A stretch of 36,834 bases of DNA from NCBI GenBank assembly GCA_050732955.1, contig JBOHRY010000387.1:1-36834 (forward strand), in the 5' to 3' direction. Positions 26,108 through 34,357 of this stretch are shown piece by piece. The DNA comes from Gemmatimonadales bacterium (GTDB taxonomy: Bacteria > Gemmatimonadota > Gemmatimonadetes > Gemmatimonadales > GWC2-71-9). Each line of letters starts with the position of its first letter. Positions within the stretch are counted from its first letter, which is position 1. A program made the translations under genes and the position numbers. The notes under the pieces were generated by a model. The model was not told the origin of the DNA. It worked only from the letters and a program-made list of their open reading frames with translations, and ran no database searches.

Positions 26108-27391
26108 ATGGCTCCCCGTTTCGTTGTTACCGGCGGCCGCACGCTGGCGGGAACTATTCGACCCGCCGGCAACAAGAACGCCGCACTTCCCGTCATCGCT
26201 GCTTCGCTGCTTGCCGGCGGCCCGGTGTCGCTCGCGAACGTCCCGCGCATCCGGGACGTCGAGACACTTCTCGAACTGATCGCCGGCCTCGGCGCGTCGG
26301 TCGAGTGGGTGGCGGCCAACACCGTCGCCATCGACACGCGGGGTGTCCAGGACCGGCCACTCGATCCGGTGCTCTGCACGCGCATCCGTGCTTCGATCCT
26401 GCTCGCCGGCCCGTTACTCGCACGATTCGGCAAGGTGGTGCTCCCGCCTCCCGGTGGAGACGTCATCGGCCGCCGCCGGGTGGACACCCATTTTCTTGCG
26501 CTGGAGCGGCTGGGAGCGCAAGTCACGGTCGGCGACGCCTACAAGATCGAGGCGCGGCAACTCGTCGGCGCCGATGTCTTCCTCGACGAACCCAGCGTCA
26601 CCGGAACCGAGAATGCGTTGATGGCCGCGGTGATGGCGAACGGGCGCACCGTGCTACGCAACGCCGCGTCCGAGCCTCACGTGCAGGATACCGCCCGATT
26701 CCTGGTGGCACTGGGCGCGGAGATCGACGGAATCGGGAGCAACACCTATCTGATCAATGGCGGCCGGCCGCTGCATGGTGCGGAGTACGCCATTGGTCCC
26801 GACCACATCGAGATCGGGTCGTTTGTCGGCCTCGCCGCGGTGACCAACGGCAATATCACCATCGAGAACGTGCGACCGGATGACGTGCGCAGCATCATGC
26901 TGGGCTTCGATCGCCTTGGTATCCGGGGGCAATTTGACGGCGACCGACTGGTCGTCGCGGCGGGGCAGGAACGGCGCATCCGTCCCGATCTCGGAGGTCA
27001 CGTGCCCAAGCTGGAAGACGGCCCCTGGCCGGCGTTCCCTGCTGATGTCATGTCGATCGCCGTGGTCGCGGCGACGCAGTGTGACGGAGTCGTGCTGATC
27101 CATGAGAAGATGTTCGAATCGCGTCTCTTCTTCGTCGACAAGCTGATCGGGATGGGTGCACGCATCGTGCTCTGCGACCCGCACCGCGCCGTCGTCAGCG
27201 GCGCGTCGAAATTGCACGCGGGCCGCGTCGAGTCACCGGACATCCGGGCCGGGATGGCGATGCTGATTGCTGCGCTGGCCGCCGACGGCACCAGCGAGAT
27301 CAACAACATCGGCCAGATCGAGCGCGGCTACGAGCGGATCGACCAGCGACTGCGCGCGCTCGGCGCGGCGATCGAGCGTGTCGACGGCTGA
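26108..27391 (+). CDS. murA: UDP-N-acetylglucosamine 1-carboxyvinyltransferase
   Basis: 427 aa. [27 protein letters not shown], the active-site loop [15 protein letters not shown] (Asp where E. coli has Cys115), and the C-terminal [17 protein letters not shown]. Confidence 0.96.
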   Translation: MAPRFVVTGGRTLAGTIRPAGNKNAALPVIAASLLAGGPVSLANVPRIRDVETLLELIAGLGASVEWVAANTVAIDTRGVQDRPLDPVLCTRIRASILLAGPLLARFGKVVLPPPGGDVIGRRRVDTHFLALERLGAQVTVGDAYKIEARQLVGADVFLDEPSVTGTENALMAAVMANGRTVLRNAASEPHVQDTARFLVALGAEIDGIGSNTYLINGGRPLHGAEYAIGPDHIEIGSFVGLAAVTNGNITIENVRPDDVRSIMLGFDRLGIRGQFDGDRLVVAAGQERRIRPDLGGHVPKLEDGPWPAFPADVMSIAVVAATQCDGVVLIHEKMFESRLFFVDKLIGMGARIVLCDPHRAVVSGASKLHAGRVESPDIRAGMAMLIAALAADGTSEINNIGQIERGYERIDQRLRALGAAIERVDG

Positions 27392-28136
27392 CGAAGTCCG
27401 GGCGGATTCACCACTGCCCCTCTGGGAAGTGCCCGGCTGGCGTGAGCGCTTCGGCGTGGTGGCAGGGATAACCGGTCGCGGGGACGATCCTGCCCATCCG
27501 TTTGATTTGGGACTCTCATCGCGGGCGCCTATCATCGAAGTCCTCGGACGCTGGCGCCAGCTTCGGGATGAACTGCGCTTTGTGGGTCAGGTCGCGGGTT
27601 ATCAGGTCCATGGCGATCGCGTCGCCTGGCACGAAGGGTCCGGACCCGCCAGCTGGACGGTGCTCGATGCCACCGATGGACACGCCACGCGAACCCCCGG
27701 CAGGCTCCTCCACGTCACCGCAGCCGATTGCGTTCCTGTCTACCTGATCGCTCCACGCTATCGTGCGATCGCCCTGGTCCACGCGGGCTGGCGAGGCACC
27801 GCTGCCGGCATTGTCGGGCGCGCGCTTCAAGTCCTTCGTGAAGCCGCTGGCGCGCCAGCCTCGGACATCGTAATGCATGCGGGCATAGGCATTTGCGGAT
27901 CCTGCTATGAAGTTGGGTCTGAAGTGGTGGAGGCGCTGCGGCAGCCGGTGACCGGGTCCGGTCCCTGGCACGTGGACCTCCGCGACGTGTTGCTCCAGCA
28001 GGCCAGATCGCTCGGCGTTGGCGAGATGACAGCCAGCGGTCTTTGCACGGCCTGCCATCGAGATCACTTCTTCTCGCACCGGGGATCGAGGGGGAGCGAT
28101 GGGCGAATGCTGGCCTATCTGGGCATGCCCGCGTAG
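27378..28136 (+). CDS. pgeF: Peptidoglycan editing factor PgeF (YfiH/laccase-domain, DUF152 family)
   Basis: Family motifs: [47 protein letters not shown]. The start is uncertain: GTG 27378 overlaps murA by 14 nt, and GTG 27429 is the alternative. The ATG at 27267 would overlap murA by 125 nt. Confidence 0.85.
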   Translation: MSTADEVRADSPLPLWEVPGWRERFGVVAGITGRGDDPAHPFDLGLSSRAPIIEVLGRWRQLRDELRFVGQVAGYQVHGDRVAWHEGSGPASWTVLDATDGHATRTPGRLLHVTAADCVPVYLIAPRYRAIALVHAGWRGTAAGIVGRALQVLREAAGAPASDIVMHAGIGICGSCYEVGSEVVEALRQPVTGSGPWHVDLRDVLLQQARSLGVGEMTASGLCTACHRDHFFSHRGSRGSDGRMLAYLGMPA

Positions 28137-28158
28137 CGGCATCGTTGCCGGCTGGTGC

Positions 28159-29388
28159 TTACCTTCGAGCCGGCCCACCGATCAGCTTCAGCGCCAGGCT
28201 GCGGATGGCGGCGAACGACGACTGGCGCGACCCGCTCCCGCCGATCTTTTCGGTGTTGAACGCCGCAACGATCGCATCGGACGTCGCTGGATTGAGATAG
28301 ATGAACGCCGTGAAGCCGGCCTGGCTGCCGGTGTGACCGACAAACTTGACGCCATCCTGCCATACCACGAAAAACGAGATGCCGGTGGTTTCGATGGTGC
28401 GGCCGCGGGACGACGAGTCCGCTGCGCGCTCCACCTCGGAAAAAAATGGCCGCCACATCTCTTCCAGGTCCCGATGCGGCAGGACCAGGTCGTAGCGCGC
28501 CTGGAGCGCGGTGTCGCCGTGAGATGCGTCGGTGAGGAACGCGAGATAGGTCTCGAGGTCGGCCAGCGGCGCGTTCCATCCGCCATTGGGAATGGTGACT
28601 CCCGGATCGAAATCCGCACCGTTGTCGATCACGATGTCGCGGCCAGTCGCCGAGTCATGAGTCGCGTAGTAGTTGTGGGATCGGTCGTTCGCGAGATAGT
28701 ACGGCGTGACGCCGAAGTAGCTTCGCGTGAGCCCCAGCGGTGACAGGACGTTCTTCTGGACGTAGGTCTCCCACGGATCGCCGCTCAGCTGCTCGATGAC
28801 ACGCGCCAGGTAGATGAAGCCGGGATTGGAGTAGCTGTACCGTTCGCCCGGCTTGAACAGCAACTCCTGGTACGGCATCATCGCCACGAGCTGGGACCAA
28901 TCCGTGGGCTCGAATGGTTGCCACGGCTTGCCGTCGGTGTACGGCCAGGTCGGATTCTGGAAGCCGGCGGTATGGGCGAGCAGCATGCGCAGCGAGACGC
29001 TGTCGATCGAACCATACGCGTCGTGCACGCGCCGGAGCTCGGGCACGTAGCGCACGATCGGATCATCGAGCGAGAGCCGGCCCCGGTCGCGGAGCTGCAT
29101 GATCGCGATCGCAGTAAGCGTCTTGGTGATCGAGCCGTAGTGATAAATTGTCCGCTCGGTGACCGGCGTCCCGTCGGCGCGATCAGCCAGGCCGTACTCG
29201 TGGTGGGCGACGACCTTCCCAGCCTGCATCCACGCGACGCTGGCGCCCACGATCCGATCGCTGTCGGAGTATGCGTCGAAGGCTGCGGTGAACGCCGACC
29301 ACGCAGAGGCGGCGGGCGCAGGCCGCTGACCGGGCAGGTGCGTGACTCCGACGAGCGCGAGGAGAGCGGCCAGGCGGCGCGATGTCAT
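28159..29388 (-). CDS. Serine hydrolase, beta-lactamase/transpeptidase-like (class C-type fold), secreted
   Basis: ATG at 29388 lies after GGAGG. Signal peptide MTSRRLAALLALVG. Motifs SxxK (YGSITK), YxN (YSYSNPG) and HTG (VGHTGSQAG). The longer ORF to 29682 has a non-protein-like extension that crosses the nusA promoter. Confidence 0.88.
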   Translation of the reverse strand: MTSRRLAALLALVGVTHLPGQRPAPAASAWSAFTAAFDAYSDSDRIVGASVAWMQAGKVVAHHEYGLADRADGTPVTERTIYHYGSITKTLTAIAIMQLRDRGRLSLDDPIVRYVPELRRVHDAYGSIDSVSLRMLLAHTAGFQNPTWPYTDGKPWQPFEPTDWSQLVAMMPYQELLFKPGERYSYSNPGFIYLARVIEQLSGDPWETYVQKNVLSPLGLTRSYFGVTPYYLANDRSHNYYATHDSATGRDIVIDNGADFDPGVTIPNGGWNAPLADLETYLAFLTDASHGDTALQARYDLVLPHRDLEEMWRPFFSEVERAADSSSRGRTIETTGISFFVVWQDGVKFVGHTGSQAGFTAFIYLNPATSDAIVAAFNTEKIGGSGSRQSSFAAIRSLALKLIGGPARR

Positions 29389-29400
29389 CGGTACCTCCGG

Positions 29401-29429
29401 TTGACCCGCCCTCGCAGCGGGGGTATCTT
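29401..29429 (+). promoter_or_regulatory. Candidate sigma70-type promoter of the nusA operon (TTGACC, 17-nt spacer, TATCTT)
   Basis: TTGACC is at 29401-29406 and TATCTT at 29424-29429, with exactly 17 nt between them. Located about 150 nt upstream of the nusA ATG in a divergent intergenic region. Confidence 0.5.
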
Positions 29430-29462
29430 GTGGCGTTGGGGCAACTTGCGTGGGTCTGCGAG

Positions 29463-29492
29463 GTGTCGGGTTTCCCCCGGCACTTTTTGTTT
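29463..29492 (+). terminator. Intrinsic-terminator-like hairpin plus U-tract inside the nusA 5' leader (putative attenuator)
   Basis: GTGTCGGG-TTTCC-CCCGGCAC forms an 8-bp stem (one G:U pair) with a 5-nt loop, followed directly by TTTTTGTTTC. It lies between the candidate promoter and the nusA start, and no plus-strand gene ends upstream of it. Confidence 0.55.
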
Positions 29493-29581
29493 CTCCCCCT
29501 ACACGATCGCCCCGTCCCTCGATCAGTCCGGCCATCAGGCCAGCCGGTCGATCCGGTACCGGCAATGGAAGCAGGAGAAGT

Positions 29582-30910
29582 ATGATGGCGACATCCGCCG
29601 ACCTGGTAACTGCCTTTCGCGAGCTGTCCAATGCGAAGCAACTGGAGCGTTCCGAGCTGCTGGACCTGCTGCGCGACGGCATTCATGCAGCGCTGATGAA
29701 GAAATATGGCCCCAACGTCCGCTTCGAGCTGAACGTCGATGAGTTGCAGGGCACGCTGTCGGTGATCCGCCTGCGTCAGGTCGTCGAGACGGTCGAAGAT
29801 CCCAGTTCGCAGATCAGCACCGAAGAGGCCCGCTTCGAGGATCCCGACTTCCAGGTCGGCGACATGCTCGAAGAAGAGGTGCCCTTCGACGTACTGGGAC
29901 GGCTCGCGGTTCAGGCGGCGAAGCAACGCATCATCCAGCGCGTTCGCGAAGGCGAGCGCAACCGGATTCGCGACGAATTCGCCAACAAGGTCGGCGAACT
30001 TCTCTCCGGCGAGATCCAGCAGGTCGAGCGCGGCAAGTTCGTCATCATGTTGAACCGGTTTCGCGAGGCGGAAGCGATCGTCCCGTACCGCGAGCAGAAT
30101 CATCGGGAACATTTCCATCAGGGTGACACCATTCGGGCGGTGCTCAAGCGTCTGGAAGAGACGCCCAAGGGTCCGCGCCTCATCCTGTCGCGCGGCGATC
30201 CGCTCTTCGTGATCGCGCTCTTCAAGCTCGAGGTTCCCGAGATCCAGCAGGGCATCGTCGAGGTCCGCGGCATCGCACGCGAGGTCGGCAGTCGCACCAA
30301 GGTCGCCGTGATTTCGCGCGACGACGCGATCGATCCGGTGGGAGCCTGCGTCGGCCTCAAGGGTTCGCGAGTGCAGGCCGTGGTCAACGAACTCGGCGGC
30401 GAGCGCATCGATATCGTGCCGTGGTCGCCGGATCCCGAGCGCTTTGCGCGCCTGGCGCTGGCGCCCGCGCGAGTCGCCAAGGTCTTCTCCGACCCCACCA
30501 GCAAGACGATTCAGGCTGTGGTGGACGAAGATCAATTGTCGCTCGCGATCGGACGCAACGGACAGAACGTGCGTCTTGCCTCGGAACTGACCGGATGGAA
30601 GATCGACCTGTACTCGAGTCGCGAATGGCTGGAGCGCGGCGGCGAGGGACCACTCTTCGCTCTCCCGCCGGTCGAGGATGAGGCGGAGACCAAGGTTCCG
30701 CTGTCGCAGCTCGAAGGCTTGTCGCCGGAACTGGTCGCGATTCTCGATCAGGCGCGATACACGACGCTCAAGGATGTCATCGATCTGGAGCCCGAGGAGA
30801 TCGCCCGGATTCCAGGGATGACGCAGGTGACCACGGACGAACTGGTCCGGTTTCTGAGCGAATTGACCGAAGAAGAGCCGGATGCCGGAGCCACAGGCAG
30901 CGGCGCGTGA
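29582..30910 (+). CDS. nusA: Transcription termination/antitermination factor NusA
   Basis: ATG 29582 (or 29585) follows AGGAGA. N-terminal domain LVTAFRELSNAKQLERSELLDLL, then an S1 domain, two KH domains (VSRDDAIDPVGACVGLKGSRVQAVVNELGGERIDIV; AIGRNGQNVRLASELTGWKIDL) and one C-terminal HhH-like repeat. Confidence 0.96.
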   Translation: MMATSADLVTAFRELSNAKQLERSELLDLLRDGIHAALMKKYGPNVRFELNVDELQGTLSVIRLRQVVETVEDPSSQISTEEARFEDPDFQVGDMLEEEVPFDVLGRLAVQAAKQRIIQRVREGERNRIRDEFANKVGELLSGEIQQVERGKFVIMLNRFREAEAIVPYREQNHREHFHQGDTIRAVLKRLEETPKGPRLILSRGDPLFVIALFKLEVPEIQQGIVEVRGIAREVGSRTKVAVISRDDAIDPVGACVGLKGSRVQAVVNELGGERIDIVPWSPDPERFARLALAPARVAKVFSDPTSKTIQAVVDEDQLSLAIGRNGQNVRLASELTGWKIDLYSSREWLERGGEGPLFALPPVEDEAETKVPLSQLEGLSPELVAILDQARYTTLKDVIDLEPEEIARIPGMTQVTTDELVRFLSELTEEEPDAGATGSGA

Positions 30911-31214
30911 AGCACTGCTGGGTTTGATCGGTCTGGGCGTGCGCGGCGGGTTGGCGCTCCCCGGAGTCGATGTGACGTGCGCGTGGGTTCGGCAGGGCAA
31001 GTGCCAGGTGGTGATCGTGGCGGCCGACGCGTCGCGACGGGCAAAGCACAAAGCCGTCGATCCAGCGGTGCGGGCCGGAGTGCCGGTGGTAACGGGCCCG
31101 AGTGCGGCGACGCTTGGTGCCCGGCTGGGACGCCCGCCGGTGATGGTGATCGGAGTACGGGACCGTTCGCTCGCAGCAGGGATCATCGCTGCGGCGACAC
31201 GGGGGACGGATTGA
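30882..31214 (+). CDS. ylxQ: YlxQ-like L7Ae/L30e family RNA-binding protein
   Basis: 110 aa located between nusA and infB. LLGLIGLGVRGG...GKCQVVIVAADASRRAKHK...VPVV...LGARLGRPPVMVIGVRD matches the YlxQ pattern. The ATG overlaps the nusA 3' end by 29 nt, so the start is uncertain. Confidence 0.7.
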   Translation: MPEPQAAAREALLGLIGLGVRGGLALPGVDVTCAWVRQGKCQVVIVAADASRRAKHKAVDPAVRAGVPVVTGPSAATLGARLGRPPVMVIGVRDRSLAAGIIAAATRGTD

Positions 31215-31225
31215 CGGAGGAGTGA

Positions 31226-33982
31226 GTGGTCAAGAGTAGAGTGCACGACCTCGCCGCTGAATTTGCTGTTCCGGTGGAGCAGTTGATGGGGATGCTGCGC
31301 GAGATGAACATTTTCGTGCGGAGCCACCTCTCCGCCCTCGAGCCGGACCAGGTATCCGCGGTGCGGGTGCGATGGGAGCGCGAGAAGCGGAAGGCCGCCG
31401 AGGCGCCGGCACCGAAGCGGAGTCGCCGCAAGGTGGTCGAGGCGGCGCCGCCCCCCGCGCCGGCTGACGCCAAGCCGGTGCGCCGCCGCCGGACTGCGGC
31501 CGAGGTCGCCGAACACGAGGCGAAGGCCGCGGCGCTGGCCGAGGAAGAAGCCGCTAACGCTCCGTTCGACCTAGAACCGTTGATGCACGACGCGCCCGTG
31601 AGCGAACCGGTGAAGCCGGCGCTCTCGATCGAGGAGCGCGCCCGTTTGTTGTTCAAGGACGTGCCGCCCGCGCCCGCGGAACCGGTTGTCGAGCCGCCCG
31701 CGCCTCCCCAGGACCGGGTCGCGGCGGCGGATCAGGCGTCGCTCGCTGCCCGGCCGCCGATTCCCCCGCGCGTGGCACCGCCCTCGGCGCGCCCCGCAGC
31801 GCATACCGGCGTCCCGCCGCGCCCGTTCATTCCCCCGCGTGTCCAGCGTCCGGCGCCGGGTTCAAGCTCGGGCATGCCGGGAAACCGTGGCCCATCGGGG
31901 CCGGGTGGCGGGCGCCCGCGTCCGGTCTTTTCGTCCAGCACGCCTCCGCCATCGCGCAGTGGTCCGCCGGCGCCGAGCGGTCCGCCCGTCCGTCAGTTCG
32001 GGCCCGATGCGCAACCGGGTGGTGGCCGCAAGAAGGGCAAGAAGGGGAAGAAGAGTTTCGTCGACCAGGATCAGGTCCAGGCGAACATCCTCAAGACGCT
32101 GCAGGGGATGAAGGGTGGCTCCGCACGCAAGAAGAGCCGCTCGGACGAGCCCACATATCGCGAGATCATTGCGTCGCGGGCGGCGGAGGAGAAGGCGCTG
32201 GAGAAGACCCGGATCCGGGTCAACGAATTCATCTCGGTCAGCGAACTCGCCGACGCGATGAAGGTGCCCGCCAACCAGATCGTCGCGTTCGCGTTCAAGG
32301 AACTCGGCCTGATGGTGACGGTGAACCAGCGCCTCGACTTCGACCAGATCGAACTGATCGCGTCCGAGTTCGGCTTCCAGGCAGTGAAGGAACAGGAGTA
32401 TCACGCCGAGGTCGAGCCCGAACCGACGGCGGAAGAGGGCGAACTCGCGCCGCGGCCGCCGGTGGTCACCATCATGGGCCACGTCGATCACGGCAAGACG
32501 TCGCTGCTCGACTACATCCGGAAAGCCAATGTGGTCGCGGGTGAAGCGGGCGGCATCACGCAGCACATCGGCGCATACCACATCGCGCTGCCGGGGCACA
32601 AGGCGATCACCTTCCTCGACACGCCGGGGCATCAGGCGTTCACAGCCATGCGCGCCCGCGGCGCGCAGGTCACGGACATCGTCGTCCTGGTGGTTGCCGC
32701 CGACGATCAGGTGATGCCGCAGACTATCGAGGCGATTTCGCACGCGCGGAACGCCGGCGTGCCACTCGTGGTCGCGATCAACAAGATCGATCTCCCCAGC
32801 GCCAACGTGATGAAGGTGAAGCAGGACCTCCTGCAGCAGAACGTGGTGCTCGAGGAATTCGGCGGCAAGGTGCTGAGCGCCGAGATTTCGGCGAAGACCG
32901 GACAGGGCGTGCCGGAATTGCTGGAGCAGATCCTGCTACAGGCCGAAATCCTGGAGCTCAAGGCCAATCCCGATGCCAAGCCGCAGGGGTCGGTGATCGA
33001 GTCGACGCTCGACGCGGGCAAGGGGCCGCTCGCCACGGTGCTGGTCCAGAAGGGCACGCTTCACGTCGGCGACAATTTCATCTGCGGCAAGTATTCCGGC
33101 CGCGTGCGCGCGCTCTTCGACGAGCGGGGGAAGCAGATCAAGGCCGTGGGTCCGTCGATGCCGATCCAGGTGCTCGGCTTCGACGGCGTGCCGTCGGCCG
33201 GCGACACCTTCCTCGTCGTCTCCGACGCCAATGAAGCGCGCGAGATCGCGCAGAAGCGACAGCGGCTCGAGCGCGAAGCGCAGAATCGCCGGTCGGCTCG
33301 GGGCGGAACGCTGGAGGATATCTCGCGCGCGCTCAAGGAAGGCGCCATTACCCAGCTGCGCATCATCATCAAGGCCGACCAGGGTGGTCCGGCCGAGGCG
33401 CTCGCCGATGCGCTGGCGCAACTCGGCACCAGTGAGGTGCGCGTCGACATCGTCCTGCGCGGCGTCGGCCAGATCAGCGAGAGCGACGTGCTCCTTGCCA
33501 AGGCTTCCGGCGCCATCATCCTCGGCTTCCACGTGCGTCCCGATGCCAACGCGCGGGCCGCTGCCGAGCGCGAGGGCGTGGACATTCGCACCTACCGCAT
33601 CATCTATGAGGCGGTGGAGGATGTGAAGAGTGCGCTCGAAGGCCTGCTCAAGCCCGAGGAAAAGGAAACCATCCTGGGCGAAGCCGAAGTGATCGAGCTC
33701 TTCAAGGTGAGCCGCGTCGGCACCATCGCGGGCTCCGTGGTGCGCAGCGGCGTGATTTCGCGGACGTCGAAGGTCCGCGTGATCCGCGATGGCGTGGCCA
33801 TCTATACCGGCAATCTCGGCTCACTCAAGCGATTCAAGGACGACGCCAAGGAAGTCAAGGAAGGGCTCGAGTGCGGTATCGGCATCGAGAACTTCAATGA
33901 TCTCAAGGTGGGAGATCGGATCGAGTCGTTCCGGATGGAAGAGGTCAAGCGGACGTTGGCCGCTTCGGCGGCGCAGGGTTGA
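31226..33982 (+). CDS. infB: Translation initiation factor IF-2
   Basis: 918 aa. GTG start follows GGAGGAG. IF2-N domain (RVHDLAAEFAVPVEQLMGMLREM), a Pro/Ala/Arg-rich linker, and a G domain (IMGHVDHGKTSLLD, DTPGH, NKID). Confidence 0.97.
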   Translation: MVKSRVHDLAAEFAVPVEQLMGMLREMNIFVRSHLSALEPDQVSAVRVRWEREKRKAAEAPAPKRSRRKVVEAAPPPAPADAKPVRRRRTAAEVAEHEAKAAALAEEEAANAPFDLEPLMHDAPVSEPVKPALSIEERARLLFKDVPPAPAEPVVEPPAPPQDRVAAADQASLAARPPIPPRVAPPSARPAAHTGVPPRPFIPPRVQRPAPGSSSGMPGNRGPSGPGGGRPRPVFSSSTPPPSRSGPPAPSGPPVRQFGPDAQPGGGRKKGKKGKKSFVDQDQVQANILKTLQGMKGGSARKKSRSDEPTYREIIASRAAEEKALEKTRIRVNEFISVSELADAMKVPANQIVAFAFKELGLMVTVNQRLDFDQIELIASEFGFQAVKEQEYHAEVEPEPTAEEGELAPRPPVVTIMGHVDHGKTSLLDYIRKANVVAGEAGGITQHIGAYHIALPGHKAITFLDTPGHQAFTAMRARGAQVTDIVVLVVAADDQVMPQTIEAISHARNAGVPLVVAINKIDLPSANVMKVKQDLLQQNVVLEEFGGKVLSAEISAKTGQGVPELLEQILLQAEILELKANPDAKPQGSVIESTLDAGKGPLATVLVQKGTLHVGDNFICGKYSGRVRALFDERGKQIKAVGPSMPIQVLGFDGVPSAGDTFLVVSDANEAREIAQKRQRLEREAQNRRSARGGTLEDISRALKEGAITQLRIIIKADQGGPAEALADALAQLGTSEVRVDIVLRGVGQISESDVLLAKASGAIILGFHVRPDANARAAAEREGVDIRTYRIIYEAVEDVKSALEGLLKPEEKETILGEAEVIELFKVSRVGTIAGSVVRSGVISRTSKVRVIRDGVAIYTGNLGSLKRFKDDAKEVKEGLECGIGIENFNDLKVGDRIESFRMEEVKRTLAASAAQG

Positions 33983-33988
33983 AGGCGC

Positions 33989-34357
33989 ATGGCGAAAGGT
34001 TCGTCGCGGCGGCCTGAGCAGGTTGCGGAATCCATTCGTGCCACGGTGGCGGAGGCGCTCTTGCGCGGTGACGTCCGCGATCCGCGAGTGCAGCTGGTCA
34101 CCGTGAGCGGAATCGAAGTGACACGCGACCTGGGCCACGCGACGTTGCGCGTGGTGCCGCACGGGACGGAGGAGGAAAAGGCCGCTGCGCTGGCGGGACT
34201 TCAGAGCGCGGCCGGATTCCTCCGGGGCAAGGTGGCGCGGACCCTTTCGACCCGCACGGTTCCCGAACTGCACTTCGTGCTCGATCGCGGGTTCGAGCAT
34301 GCCCGGCGGATCGATCAGCTGCTGGCAGAAATCAAGCAGGAGGAGGGGTCCTCCTGA
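33989..34357 (+). CDS. rbfA: Ribosome-binding factor A
   Basis: 122 aa. RRPEQVAESIRATVAEALLRGDVRDPRV..VTVSGIEVTRDLGHATL...VPELHFVLD. Confidence 0.93.
   Translation: MAKGSSRRPEQVAESIRATVAEALLRGDVRDPRVQLVTVSGIEVTRDLGHATLRVVPHGTEEEKAAALAGLQSAAGFLRGKVARTLSTRTVPELHFVLDRGFEHARRIDQLLAEIKQEEGSS

Noticed and set aside
29430-29500. Possible tRNA in the nusA leader, by analogy with metY upstream of the E. coli rimP-nusA operon.
   Set aside because: The only stable hairpin has a 5-nt loop, not a 7-nt T-loop. No acceptor, D or anticodon arms can be drawn. The segment between the promoter and the U-tract is only about 55 nt, too short for a tRNA.
28159-29682. N-terminal extensions of ORFs in the track: 29389-29682 for the serine hydrolase, 4777-4989 for the M28 peptidase, 4854-5129 for the lipoprotein, 20263-20424 for the aminotransferase, 13599-13853 for the kinase, 27267-27377 for pgeF, and 29450-29581 for nusA.
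   Set aside because: Each extension is low-complexity and Arg/Pro/Ser-rich, and it overlaps a neighbouring gene or promoter. In every case an internal ATG/GTG with an SD sequence, a signal peptide or lipobox, or an ATGA junction gives a family-typical N-terminus.
29183-31516. Very long antisense ORFs opposite real genes: 777 aa opposite nusA/infB, 549 aa at 21684-23333 opposite the kinase, 568 aa at 34449-36155 opposite truB/ribF, 457 aa at 18917-20290 opposite gatB, and 454 aa at 12440-13804 opposite serS.
   Set aside because: Their translations are Arg/Gly/Pro/Ala-rich with no recognisable motifs. The opposite strand encodes unmistakable conserved proteins. In GC-rich DNA, AT-rich stop codons are rare in every frame, so long shadow ORFs are expected artefacts.
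31690-32060. Pro/Arg/Gly-rich repetitive stretch in infB, considered as a possible tandem DNA repeat or insertion.
   Set aside because: It is the usual low-complexity linker between the IF2-N domain and the G domain. The similarity is compositional (PPR/PPS-type peptide motifs), and no exact nucleotide tandem repeat unit is visible.
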